From the NCBI GenBank assembly GCA_946965045.2, contig OX337235.1, forward strand, positions 2,232,001 to 2,296,000: a stretch of DNA of 64,000 bases, given 5' to 3'. The position numbers and the translations under genes are program-made. The notes under the pieces were generated by a model. That model saw only the letters and a program-made list of their open reading frames with translations, made no database searches and was not told the DNA's origin. Origin of the DNA: Epithemia pelagica. Its lineage: Eukaryota > Protista > Bacillariophyta. Positions 12,202-22,745 of this stretch are shown here, piece by piece. Numbering within the stretch: position 1 is the stretch's first letter; each line of letters starts with the position of its first letter.

Positions 12202-12963
12202 TTACAACAAAGGCCGTTGTCCCGTTGTTCCGTACTTTTCTATATACTCTGTATGCTCCTTGGCCAATGTCTTCGCCATGGGTGACTTTGAGGCCGCTCC
12301 CAAGCCCCAAGCCACATTGAACTGCGGACCGGAAGTGGGCTGTGGAGGAGGAGGAGGAGTGGCGACCACAGCAGGTGCCGGAACCGCCGCTGGAGCGACA
12401 GGTGCGGCCGTTTCGACCGGTGCCGGTGGAGGGGGTGCCGGAGTAGCCTCCACTTTGGGTTCCGGAACCGCCGCTGGGGGAGGAGAAGGAGGTGTAGCCG
12501 ATGCGCCGTCGTCCTTGTGCACGTAATCTTTGAAGGCAGCGACATCTTCGGAATCTTCAACGGTGATCATAATCGGAGTACCAATTGCAAGATCTTTCCC
12601 TTCCCCTGCTTGTAAGAGGAGTTTGGCAACATTTCCATCGTCTTGGGCCTCAAAATCAATAGTGGCCTTATCGGTTTCAATCTTGGCAAGGACGTCACCA
12701 GCAGAGAACGAGTCACCCTCTGAAACATACCATTCCGCCAGGGATCCACTATCCATCGTGGGACTGAGCGCTGGGAGTCCAACGACGATGTGATACGGTA
12801 GCTCGTCGGTCAATAATGTCGTAGAGTGAAAGGACAAGGACGGCACGAGGAGCCGAGGCTGAGAGGGACGAATTGCGCTGAACGCATTGAGTGCATGCCT
12901 TTGAGATTGTCGCCCTGACGCCAACCTCGCCGATCGCACTAATGCACTCGATATTACGTTCAT
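12202..12963 (-). CDS. mitochondrial lipoyl-domain protein (PDH E2/E3BP-like N-terminus, no catalytic core)
   Basis: Arg/Ser-rich presequence from ATG 12963; LPALSPTM..G.LAEW...GD.LAKIETDKAT lipoyl domain; Pro/Ala hinge; short C-terminus. Confidence 0.85.
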   Translation of the reverse strand: MNVISSALVRSARLASGRQSQRHALNAFSAIRPSQPRLLVPSLSFHSTTLLTDELPYHIVVGLPALSPTMDSGSLAEWYVSEGDSFSAGDVLAKIETDKATIDFEAQDDGNVAKLLLQAGEGKDLAIGTPIMITVEDSEDVAAFKDYVHKDDGASATPPSPPPAAVPEPKVEATPAPPPPAPVETAAPVAPAAVPAPAVVATPPPPPQPTSGPQFNVAWGLGAASKSPMAKTLAKEHTEYIEKYGTTGQRPLL

Positions 12964-13553
12964 GATTTTGTTTGATATATATTGCGTTCTGTTTGCACGC
13001 AATCGCGACGAAACAGGACCTCGAAGCAGCTCAGATTACGTCGTCCAATCTTTTGTCTTTCGTGCATATCCTCAGCGGCTGTTGGTCGCTTTTCAGTCGA
13101 ACATATGGAATTGAAATTCCTAGACCTTTTCCCATATCGAAGGCTGACTTCGGGCCGCCAGGGAATATATTGAATTCCGATGCGCCTACATTCGCGGCCG
13201 ACGGACAGAGTACAGATGATCGCTGACCGGTGGAGCGGTGCGGCTTGGCCGGCGTGGATTCATCATTCTCGCATTCTAATGGCGCTCTGCGCACCACCAT
13301 GTTCGACAAACCATCATCATCATCGGCTCACGCTTGTGTCTGTATCGAGGTTTTGAGGTGCGGCGCAACCTCGCGACCATCCAAGCGTCGTCACCAACCA
13401 ATTCTAATAGGGACTCTGGTGGTGGAAACCTGGAATTGTTTCACTTAATTGGACAACTGAATATTCTTTCATCTAATTTGCCTGGGTGACATCTGATTTT
13501 GCGTTGTTGGTGTGGTTGTTTTTCCTTGAAGCAAGACACGAAAAACAACAGCA

Positions 13554-15496
13554 ATGAGCTCTGATGCCAATGGAGCACCCAAAAAAGAGAATCTATTTGA
13601 TTATACGGAAGAACAGTTGCTCCAAGAAGATGTCCTGACGCACTATCAGATTCTTGGAATCGAGGAGCACACCAGCTCTGATGGAGTAAAGAAAGCCTAC
13701 CGAAAAGCCTCCCTGAAGTACGTCAATGACGTTTTCGTTTCGGTGCCCTCTGTTTGGTTGCTAACAATGACTTTCTTAAATATCATGCTCTTCTTTCTCA
13801 ATCTTGATGTAACAGATATCATCCCGACAAAACAGGCCGAGGAGATGACGATTATGTGTTCTTGGCTGTCAAAAAAGCATATGATGTTTTGAGTGACCAC
13901 ACGAAACGATCGGCCTATGACAGCACAGCATTGCCTTTTGATGATTCGATACCAGCACCTCGAACGCAACTGATAAATGATCCCTTATTATTGTACAAAG
14001 ACGAAGATTTTTATGACTTGTTTGGACCTGTGTTTCAACGAAACTTACGTTTTGATGCCAATCTACGACCCGATGCCCCTGGTGTTGCAAAGAAGAATAA
14101 GAACAACAATCGCAACAAGGAGGCGGTTGGAAAGGGTTTCCAACCGCCCTCTTTCGGAGATGACAATACACCAATAGAAGAGGTACACAAATTTTATGAA
14201 TACTGGATACATTTTGATAGCTGGCGAGACTTTACTGCACAAGCGACGGACGAGTTGCAAGTGGAGAATGAGCTCGAGAATGCGGAATCACGCTTTGAGA
14301 AACGATGGTTGCAAAAAGAAGTGGACAAGCGTGCTCGACAGTTGAAAACAAAAGAAAACGGACGGATCCAATCATTGGTAGAACGGGCGATGGAAGCCGA
14401 CCCACGACTTCGTCGCGAGCGTCAGGCCTTGCAGGAAGCCAAAGAAAAAGCCAAGGCGGAACGAGCTGCCATGGCCGAACGAAAGAAAAAAGAGGAAGAG
14501 GAGGCTCGAATTGAAGCTGAACGGCAAGCAGAGGAAGAAAAGAGAAAACGGGCGGAAGAAAAGGTAATACGGGAGCAAGAAAAGAAACAAATACGGAAAG
14601 CCAGACAACAGTTGCGGAGAATGACATCGTCTTCGTTCGAAGAGTCGCCTGCCGTGTGGGCAGACTCTTATGATATGGGTCTTGATGTTGACTATCTTTG
14701 TACTAGTTTGAATTTAGAGGATCTCCGAGAACTCAATGAGGAATATTCAGAAAAGACGGAAGAAGAGGGTGGCTCTGCGGCGCTCTCCATGATTCGAGAA
14801 AGGGCTCTACAACAAAGAGATGGAAAAGGCAAAAACACAAATGGTGACAAGCAAACTTCGTCAGAATCGAATGCGACAAAAAACACACCGGAAGCATCAA
14901 ACTCGAGTGCCAAAAAGAATCCACAGTCGAAAGTTTCAAAATCAAAACCCTGGACCAAGGACGAATTGTCTGCTCTGGCGAAGGCTGTCAAGAAATATCC
15001 TCCAGGAGGCGCCAGCCGGTGGGATCAAATTACTCTCTTTGTCAATAATCTTTGCAAACAAGACGACCCACGATCGAGGGAAGAGTGTATTCAAAAATAC
15101 AATGATGTCACAAAGGCGGCAGCCTCAGCGACCTCGTCTTCCGCCTCCAAAGCACCTCCACCAGCGCCGGCTCAATCACCACCCGCCGCTAGCGAATCCG
15201 AAGCTCCATCGAAGGAAAACACACAACAAGAAGGGGTGTCAGGGACTAATGATGAAAAGGCTGCTGACTCATCTACACCTTCAACGAATGGTGGAACCAA
15301 TGGTTCTTCATCCGAAGAAGACGTTTGGACACCCGAACAAGACCAACAATTGCAAGCAGCATTGGCGAAATATCCAGCAACAATGGAAAAGAATGCTCGT
15401 TGGACGGCAATTGCAGAAGCTGTTCCAGGCAAGTCGAAGAAACTTTGCGTCCAGCGTTTCAAGGCCATTCGCGAGGCTCTCAAGAATCGCAAGTGA
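13554..15496 (+). CDS. DNAJC2: DnaJ/zuotin-related factor 1 (J domain, RAC head, two SANT/Myb domains); intron 13718-13815
   Basis: Splicing GTACGT...AACAG restores LKYHPDK; FDSWRDF; SANT motifs PWTKDELSALAKAVKKYP and WTPEQDQQLQAALAKYP..RWTAIAEAVPGKS. Confidence 0.93.
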
Positions 15497-16150
15497 TGGA
15501 TCCTGTTGTCACGTCGGAGATTCTGCTTAGAATGCTGTTCGTCATATCTTCGCTGAATCCGGTGAATTTTTACTTTGAAGTACACATGCTCAACAACTTC
15601 TAATCACAGTAGTAGGAACAGGCAATCTTCCGTCATTTGTACTTGTAGCCATCAGTGGTATTGCATAATGAAGTCGACATAGCATCATCTCTGGCACAAT
15701 TTGGCATGTGAGATATACTTTAGAGAAATGCAGTCTATGTTAGTTCGTACTCGCATCAACGATAGAACAGCCATCACCATATGAGACTGCTCCTAAAAGT
15801 CACTCGTAGGCAATGGATCTTCCTTCCTAGATAGGCCATTGCAGCTCAGAATATATTGTTGAAACCTATATCATGTTTAAAACGACTGCAAAAAGTCGTC
15901 TGCAAGCATGCGTCGTGGAAGCACAGTTCCGTCCTTATTTCCACAGCAGTCTCCAAGAATGACAATTGAGATATCTTGTTCATTCCAATTTTAACTTTTT
16001 GACCTCAACTGTGACTTTCGTTGGGACGTTCCAGCGAGACGATGAGTGCGTGTTTGAAACGGTCACAGTGAAACTGCTCTTCGGAATCAAAGGGTCGTCT
16101 TTGAAATTTTCCATCATTTGAACAAGACCTGGATTACTTCCTTTCCATGT

Positions 16151-17104
16151 TCAAGTATCATCGGAATCTAGTCTCTGCATTTCGACGTCGACTTCGTCGG
16201 GAGGTGGATCTTCTCCTGAGGCTTGCCGTTGCTCCTCGTCTTCTTCATGACGTTGTGGAGGAGTTTGTTCCTCCTGTGCCTCTGGTTGTTGTGCAGGCGG
16301 TTGTTGCGGATGTCGAACAAAGATCAGTAGACGTTTCTGATCTGACTTCAAACTAATGAGTTGTGAAACTTGCATAGCCGTCATGGCCGTGACATCGTCT
16401 CCATCTACCGTCACCAATCGATCCCCCACTTTTACGTGAGAAACCAGAATGCTGTCGGATTTGATGGCATGGACGCAGGGCACACTTCCATTGGGTGTGT
16501 CAATCACCATTCCCAGCTTCCCTGGAGGTACGTTTACTTCAAACCGAATTTTTAAGCCATCTCCATCGCCATCGTCTCCTGCACCTCCACCGAGGCCGGC
16601 TCCCACACTACTGTATTGCACCGAGATGGATGTGTCACTCGATATTCGTTCAAAACTATCCAGAGAGCCAACCCCTTGTGATTTCATGTATTGCTTCTTG
16701 TAATCATAATCATTTTCGACGCTCGCCGTCTGTTCGTCCTGATCGGTGCCACCATTAACCACCATTCCACTTTGCTGCAGAACTGGATCGCCTAGGGTGG
16801 ACACATCTTCCTTGTCACCCAGAAAAATTTCGGATGATACTCCAATGCCGGACGTGGATTTGCCCTTGTTGGATACAACCGCTCCTTCTTCAGGGACGGC
16901 CGAGACGGAATTTACAGCCGTGGTCACGGCCGGAGAGGACGAAGACAAGACGGACCTCCGTCGGCAGGCGAGAACCGCCAAGGCCACCAAGGCTACGACA
17001 AATCCAACCGCGGCCGCCGCAACAATAATGTACAACGTATCATCGTCGTTGCCCGTGTCCTCTGAAGAATTCATTGGTTCGGGTGATGGTGATTGGTTAC
17101 TCAT
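16151..17104 (-). CDS. single-pass membrane protein with C-terminal PDZ domain
   Basis: TM segment LYIIVAAAAVGFVVALVALAVLAC followed by RRR; PDZ motif PPGKLGMVID...VKVGDRLVTVDG. Confidence 0.75.
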   Translation of the reverse strand: MSNQSPSPEPMNSSEDTGNDDDTLYIIVAAAAVGFVVALVALAVLACRRRSVLSSSSPAVTTAVNSVSAVPEEGAVVSNKGKSTSGIGVSSEIFLGDKEDVSTLGDPVLQQSGMVVNGGTDQDEQTASVENDYDYKKQYMKSQGVGSLDSFERISSDTSISVQYSSVGAGLGGGAGDDGDGDGLKIRFEVNVPPGKLGMVIDTPNGSVPCVHAIKSDSILVSHVKVGDRLVTVDGDDVTAMTAMQVSQLISLKSDQKRLLIFVRHPQQPPAQQPEAQEEQTPPQRHEEDEEQRQASGEDPPPDEVDVEMQRLDSDDT

Positions 17105-17816
17105 CAGACCACCAATCAATCTTCACTGTAATTAGTAGAGGAAAATGTCGCTCGTCTATTGTCTTTCAGGCATGAAACTCAAGCTAAGAATGACGATGTG
17201 TATCATTGCCACTCCCGACTCCCGATGTTCCGAAATTCAGAACCCGGTGGCAACTCAATGAATGAGAGTACGGATAGGGGGAGAGCGAGAAAAATCATGC
17301 CGACGATCGATCAATGCGGGACGGGGACCGGCGACAGACTGCCTGCCTCAGTGCACGTGCACCAGGCGGCAAGTTCTATATGTATGAATGTTCTTGGCTG
17401 GCGTGATCGCTTTGGTTTGGAGGCTGAAAAAAGATGTGGCGTGGATCGCGCGAGCAATCACGACCAGTGGAAAAATTTACAAAATTTTAGATTTCTGCCG
17501 CACGCCTACACGGATCCCTCTTCCCTCCTCCTCCCTGGAAAATGAGTGCTGCCAGGAATTCCGGCTTATTCGGTATTCGGGAAATTTGTAGAGTTGGTAA
17601 TTGGCAATTGCAGTCAATCAGCGCTGCGAGATCTTTTGTTTGGAGAGTAGAGATAGGTGGAGTACTCCTCTCTTTTGACAATATACGTCCTTGCGTTCAT
17701 AACAGGCTGAAAGAGAAAGAGTGTTGCTGAGAAATCTCGAGGGATAATCGCTCTCTTCATTGCTGAACGCTGACCATTTGAGACTCTGTTTGCCATTTTT
17801 TTTACGAGAGGGCAAC

Positions 17817-19049
17817 ATGAAGGAGATCAAGCTGTCCTTGGTACCTCAGCCAGGAGCGAAACCTGAGTTCCTTGCAACGTTGAAAGTAGTAGATCCAAGT
17901 CCCATGGTAGCCAAGATCTGGGACAGTGCGGAACTGAGTGCGGACCTCGTACTGGATGGCTACACCCGAGAAGGATGGGCCTGGAAACCAAATACATCGG
18001 CCTTTCAATCCTTAACGGTGGAATCCACTGACGGTCGAAACAAATTACCTGGCTTTGTCTCGTATTTGCAACAGCGACAAAAGGCGAGCTTTGGAAGGTT
18101 CGGAAGTAAGGGCCTTGTGGTCATCTCCTATGTGCAAAAGAAACAAGCCAATCCTAATCGTATGGAATGCCGCATCTGCCTTGATTTGACCAAGATTCCC
18201 GAATGCAGTCTCAAACCAAAAGTTATACCGGCAAGCAAGTCGATGGAACAGAAAAAGAGCGCGAAATCCACTAGCCAAGTGTCTTCGGTACGGAAAAAGG
18301 GAAGCGGTGCGGGTTTGTTGGGCAAGTTGGTGGGAGCGCAGAAACGTACCAATCAACATGTAATTGCGGCTTCGGCACCCCGGACAACCGCAAGCAGCAG
18401 CACTGCTGCTACCGCTGTGAGCTCTGGTCAAACAGAGAACGCGTCTTTATCCAGTGCTGCAGCCACCTCGCCTGGTTCCGGTGAATCGGGTGGAGGGACA
18501 AAGTCGGCCACGGAAGTGATGAATGAATTTCGACAAAGCATGGAATCCAAAATGTTGGACTTTGATATCGCACCCGAGCAGGAACTCAGAGTTTCCCTGT
18601 CGTTGCCCGATTATACAGCCGATTTGTTGGAATCTGACAAACCCAAAATTACCATGGAAATTCTCAAGTATATGGTCTACGAAGCAGCGGAAGAAGTCAA
18701 TGAGGAATGGATTGCCCATAAGGAACCTTCCGAGTTTATGGACGAAGTTGTGATATGTGTGTACAAGGAGGGTGCGGCGCCGCCCGAAGTCTTGGAGGAA
18801 ATCAACAAGGCCGAGCTGCCGGATGAGGTGCGGGGACAACAACGGGCCATTCAAGAGGAACGAATGAAACAAATGAATCAGGCCGAACAACGCAAAACAA
18901 ATGAATTAATGAATCAGGCACATGCTTGGAACGAAGATGATAATGCGGGGGACGATGAAATGGCGGCTCTCAATAAGAACAAACGAGACAGAAGGACTAT
19001 AGAAGATTATGAACGTGAAAAGAAACGGGGGAAGACTTTCGAAGGTTGA
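17817..19049 (+). CDS. uncharacterised protein, N-terminal domain weakly SPOC-like
   Basis: Intact ~410-aa ORF from ATG 17817; FVSYLQQRQKASFG resembles the SPOC F..YL..R.R.G motif (weak). Confidence 0.6.
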   Translation: MKEIKLSLVPQPGAKPEFLATLKVVDPSPMVAKIWDSAELSADLVLDGYTREGWAWKPNTSAFQSLTVESTDGRNKLPGFVSYLQQRQKASFGRFGSKGLVVISYVQKKQANPNRMECRICLDLTKIPECSLKPKVIPASKSMEQKKSAKSTSQVSSVRKKGSGAGLLGKLVGAQKRTNQHVIAASAPRTTASSSTAATAVSSGQTENASLSSAAATSPGSGESGGGTKSATEVMNEFRQSMESKMLDFDIAPEQELRVSLSLPDYTADLLESDKPKITMEILKYMVYEAAEEVNEEWIAHKEPSEFMDEVVICVYKEGAAPPEVLEEINKAELPDEVRGQQRAIQEERMKQMNQAEQRKTNELMNQAHAWNEDDNAGDDEMAALNKNKRDRRTIEDYEREKKRGKTFEG

Positions 19050-19379
19050 CCATACAAGTGTTATGTTGGCTTACTGACGCTGGACGTTCCAGCTTCATCT
19101 GTCGCTGCTCCTTTATTTTCGTTCTCTATTCATGCGCAAATGGTGAATGTGACCAACGTTATGTCGCCCGATGATACCGGATGGTTTTGTGAAGACGGTG
19201 TCTCTTTTACAGGTTAAAATTCGTCCCGTCGCATGAGAATTGCTCTCTCTTCTGGGTGGGAGCGCTATTTCTGGACCCTAACTTTTGTTTAAAGCGGAGC
19301 AAGAGTACCAATGAAACAGGGAACAAATGTCCGGTGAGGATGCACATGTTAAGTGCATAGTCCTCTGTTGTCCTTTTGC

Positions 19380-20396
19380 CTAAGAAAAGGAGGGTGTGAA
19401 TACGTGGAACCATTGGAAGAATGCCCCTATGCCCAGCACATGAACACCCATCAAGACATGACGATAGTCATACAATAGGGACGCTTTGTTCAAAAAGGCC
19501 AGGTTTGGCAATCCCATGTAGTTGCAAAAGGAATGACTGACTGTGACGGCCCACAAGGATTTGGTCTGCCAGTAGGCATAGGATGTATAGGCTCCAAAGA
19601 GTGTCGTATAACTAAATTGGAACATGGTTTGAATTGCAACTTTGGGAATGCCCTCTTTTTCTTGGACGATTCGTCGTATGGCATGATGGGCATGGGCAAT
19701 GCCAAAAAACACTGGAGCCAGCCAACAAACCGACCTCACAGACAGGTCCGTGGCCATTAAGGCTGGGACCAAAAATCCACGAAAGACAAATTCTTCCGTG
19801 ACGGGAGCAATCACAAGATTGCGCAGCTGAATCCACTGTGGGTTGTCGTGTATGGGAGAAGAGGAAGAGGACCTGAAAGTCCTCGCCAGAGGCTGCAAAT
19901 ACGCTTGGTAGCAAGTTTGTAGAAAGGAAACGACACCCAACCGTTTGGTTCTCTTCAAGTGTACGTATACTTCGGTCATGGATTGAACCAAGGGACCAAG
20001 ATAAAGGATACTCACATGTGTCATAACGTAGCCACATGCGCGAACATTCCACAGCAGGGTGTCGTACAAACTCAAATCCTTCACACTGGTGTTCGTTGTT
20101 CTTGTTGGTGTGTCGGTGGATGATGAATTTGGATCCCCATCAGAAGAAGAAGACGAACAAATGAGATATGGATAGGCAATTGCCGTCCCCAGACAGACGA
20201 TTCCCGATGCCACGGCGCGCCATTGAATTTGTCGCTTGTCGTTGCGAGGCAGTCGACGAACTCGAGGTGGAACCAAGACGTAGAGGGATGCCACAAACGC
20301 ACTCGATGCGGCCAAACCAAAACCAATGGCCGTCGACCTTGATACTGCTTCTTCATGTCTGGGAACACAAGCGATTCCACCAAGAGGCCGCGTCAT
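19380..20396 (-). CDS. RCE1: CAAX prenyl protease 2 (CPBP intramembrane metalloprotease)
   Basis: NLVIAPVTEEFVFRG, FFGIAHAHH, FSYTTLFGAY, HSFCNYMGLP. Confidence 0.9.
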   Translation of the reverse strand: MTRPLGGIACVPRHEEAVSRSTAIGFGLAASSAFVASLYVLVPPRVRRLPRNDKRQIQWRAVASGIVCLGTAIAYPYLICSSSSSDGDPNSSSTDTPTRTTNTSVKDLSLYDTLLWNVRACGYVMTHVSILYLGPLVQSMTEVYVHLKRTKRLGVVSFLQTCYQAYLQPLARTFRSSSSSPIHDNPQWIQLRNLVIAPVTEEFVFRGFLVPALMATDLSVRSVCWLAPVFFGIAHAHHAIRRIVQEKEGIPKVAIQTMFQFSYTTLFGAYTSYAYWQTKSLWAVTVSHSFCNYMGLPNLAFLNKASLLYDYRHVLMGVHVLGIGAFFQWFHVFTPSFS

Positions 20397-21043
20397 TCAT
20401 CCTCTTCTATGGATCTTTGTGGTCATAGATCTTTGGGTCAAAGTCTGGCCGTCGCCACGAATTGGGGGTGGAGGCAGTCTCTCCGTAGTCCGTAGTTCCC
20501 GCTTGATAATCAAAAATACCGGGTAATCCTGGTTTTACAGGATTTCAGTGGAAACCCGGATAATTGCGACACGATATTCAAAAAATTTATCTTTCTGGTA
20601 TATAGTCGTACAGCATACCCCCAAAACAGTCAGTGACATCGATACTAGCCGATTTTTTCACCCCTCCCTTGTTATTTTTTCCTTCTAGCCCCGTTTATTT
20701 GTTTTGTACGTTAATTGACCGGTATCCTTTTTTCTCACGATCACCTGAGTCTGCAAATTTCTATTTCAAACTTTTCTTTCCCGTTACGCCAGCAATGTGG
20801 CAAGCGTTCTTGCCTCTGCCAGAATTTCCCGGGGGGTCTGTTTTCGCTATTGTAAAATAGCTGTTCTGGGGGGGAGAAAATTTGGAGTTTCTATTGTTCC
20901 ACCCCGTCCTTATAACTACTACGAGAAACACTCCAACACCACCTCCACTCCAGCTACAGAGCCTTGACTACGAACTTGATGCCTTTTTTGTTCTGTGAGA
21001 AGTGAGAACCGTAGGTTTGTCTGTATGGTATATCTTGGAAGTG

Positions 21044-22507
21044 ATGAAGCTAATCAGAGACACAACAAGTGTTGAAAGATCCCTTCTGATATTGATGACA
21101 ATGATGATTGCAGGGAATCATTTCGGGGGAAGGAACACGCTCGTTCACTGCGCTTTCCTAACGTACCGATCGACACACCATCGCCGTCCGCCGCCTCTTG
21201 TCAGAACCATGGCACCACAGGAGGGACATGCTGCAACTGATTTCCCCAGGAATAAACGCTGGTTTCACCACTGTCGGACACCACTGAAAGGATCACCATC
21301 TGACTCATCCAACGCCGCTGGGACAACTGAAGTTGACATGTTGGCTATCAAGAGACAAATAGAAGAAGCTACAAATTTGTGGACCAAAAATGTTGCTTCT
21401 ACAACTCCGCTCCACAAGGTTCGAGAAGCTGCTCAAGACTTGGAAACAGAACAGGCGAATCCATCGTTTTGGGATGAAGAAAACAGTGCCAGGGCCGAGG
21501 AGGTGAACGCACAGATTTCCACGTTTACTCGTTTGATCCATCGATTGGAGCAATGGGAAACATGGCACGAAGATGCAACAGCAGCCTGGGAAATGTTAAC
21601 CTCAAACGATGACTCTGAGGCTTCCATGTCGATCGACGAACGAGACATGTTAGTGGAGGAATGTCAACAAGCGTCTAAATTGCTTTTGGAGGACTCCCAA
21701 CGCTACGAGTTGGATCTCCTCTTGTCTGGTCCCTACGATGCATCACCGGCACGGATGATATTGACGGCTGGGGCAGGTGGGACGGAAGCCAACGATTGGG
21801 TATCTGATTTGAAACGAATGTATGAGCGTCACTGCGAAGTCATGGGATTTACCTGTGTCACAGAGGATTCGCAAGCGGGCGACGTGGTGGGATACAAGAA
21901 CGTGGAACTGTTAATTACGGGTCCCAATGCGTATGGTTGGTTACAAGGAGAAAAGGGAACTCATCGCCTTGTTCGTCTCAGTCCTTTTAATTCCAATAAC
22001 AAACGTCAGACGACCTTTGCCGGTGTGGATGTGGCACCGGCCGATATTTTGGATGACGCTTTATTCCAAGACTTTGAGATTCCGGAAAGTGAACTGGAGA
22101 TTACGGCCATGCGTAGTGGTGGAGCTGGTGGTCAAAATGTCAACAAGGTCAATTCCGCCATTCGCATCAAACATTTACCATCAGGATTGCAAGTCAAGTG
22201 TTCGCAAGAGCGAAATCAGTCGCAGAATCGGGTGATTGCCTTGCGACGACTCAAGGCACAGTTACTGGCCGTGGCACAGGAACAACGCGTCAAGGAAATT
22301 CAAGAAATTCGAGGTGACATTGTGGAAGCGTCATGGGGCACGCAAATTCGTAATTATGTGCTTCATCCATACAAAATGGTCAAAGATCAACGCACCGGAT
22401 GGGAAACGAGCAACGCACAAGCTTTTCTCAATGGAGATATGCTCGACGAATGTATTGGTGCCTACCTACGATACAAAGCCAAACAGGAATCGGAAGATGA
22501 CTTATAA
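21044..22507 (+). CDS. prfB: peptide chain release factor 2, organelle (probably plastid) targeted
   Basis: SPF tripeptide (RLVRLSPF), RSGGAGGQNVNKV GGQ loop, WGTQIRNYVLHPY; long N-terminal extension with VHC-AF signal-cleavage-like site. Confidence 0.92.
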   Translation: MKLIRDTTSVERSLLILMTMMIAGNHFGGRNTLVHCAFLTYRSTHHRRPPPLVRTMAPQEGHAATDFPRNKRWFHHCRTPLKGSPSDSSNAAGTTEVDMLAIKRQIEEATNLWTKNVASTTPLHKVREAAQDLETEQANPSFWDEENSARAEEVNAQISTFTRLIHRLEQWETWHEDATAAWEMLTSNDDSEASMSIDERDMLVEECQQASKLLLEDSQRYELDLLLSGPYDASPARMILTAGAGGTEANDWVSDLKRMYERHCEVMGFTCVTEDSQAGDVVGYKNVELLITGPNAYGWLQGEKGTHRLVRLSPFNSNNKRQTTFAGVDVAPADILDDALFQDFEIPESELEITAMRSGGAGGQNVNKVNSAIRIKHLPSGLQVKCSQERNQSQNRVIALRRLKAQLLAVAQEQRVKEIQEIRGDIVEASWGTQIRNYVLHPYKMVKDQRTGWETSNAQAFLNGDMLDECIGAYLRYKAKQESEDDL

Positions 22508-22745
22508 ATCAATTTCAATCCATTATTTGTTCATTGAAAAGGACTCTGTGCTGTGTATCGCGAACTGAGGAGAGTGTTCATTGAAGGACTCTGTGCTGTA
22601 TACATCGAAACAGGGAAAAGTCGACAGTTTGGAGAAACTGATGAGGAGCTGACCGAAAAACTTTTCAGTGTGGCTCAACTGTGTATCGACGTCGAGCGGT
22701 AACCAACAAATCAGAGACGATGGAACACACTCTGATTCCAAAGTA

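Noticed and set aside
12180-12210. GTAAGC donor at the end of the lipoyl gene rescuing a full E2
   Set aside because: No downstream ORF able to encode the ~230-aa core before the HTTM gene
14820-15585. 236-aa and 137-aa ORFs overlapping DNAJC2, and similar shadow ORFs over other genes and TEs
   Set aside because: Off-frame or antisense shadows of motif-supported genes, with no independent motifs
17120-17135. CTAAT...TACAG acceptor adding a coding exon to the PDZ gene
   Set aside because: An in-frame TGA follows the acceptor immediately; at most a 5' UTR intron
21044-22507. prfB as bacterial contamination or with the programmed +1 frameshift
   Set aside because: Continuous ORF with a eukaryotic targeting extension, among intron-containing genes
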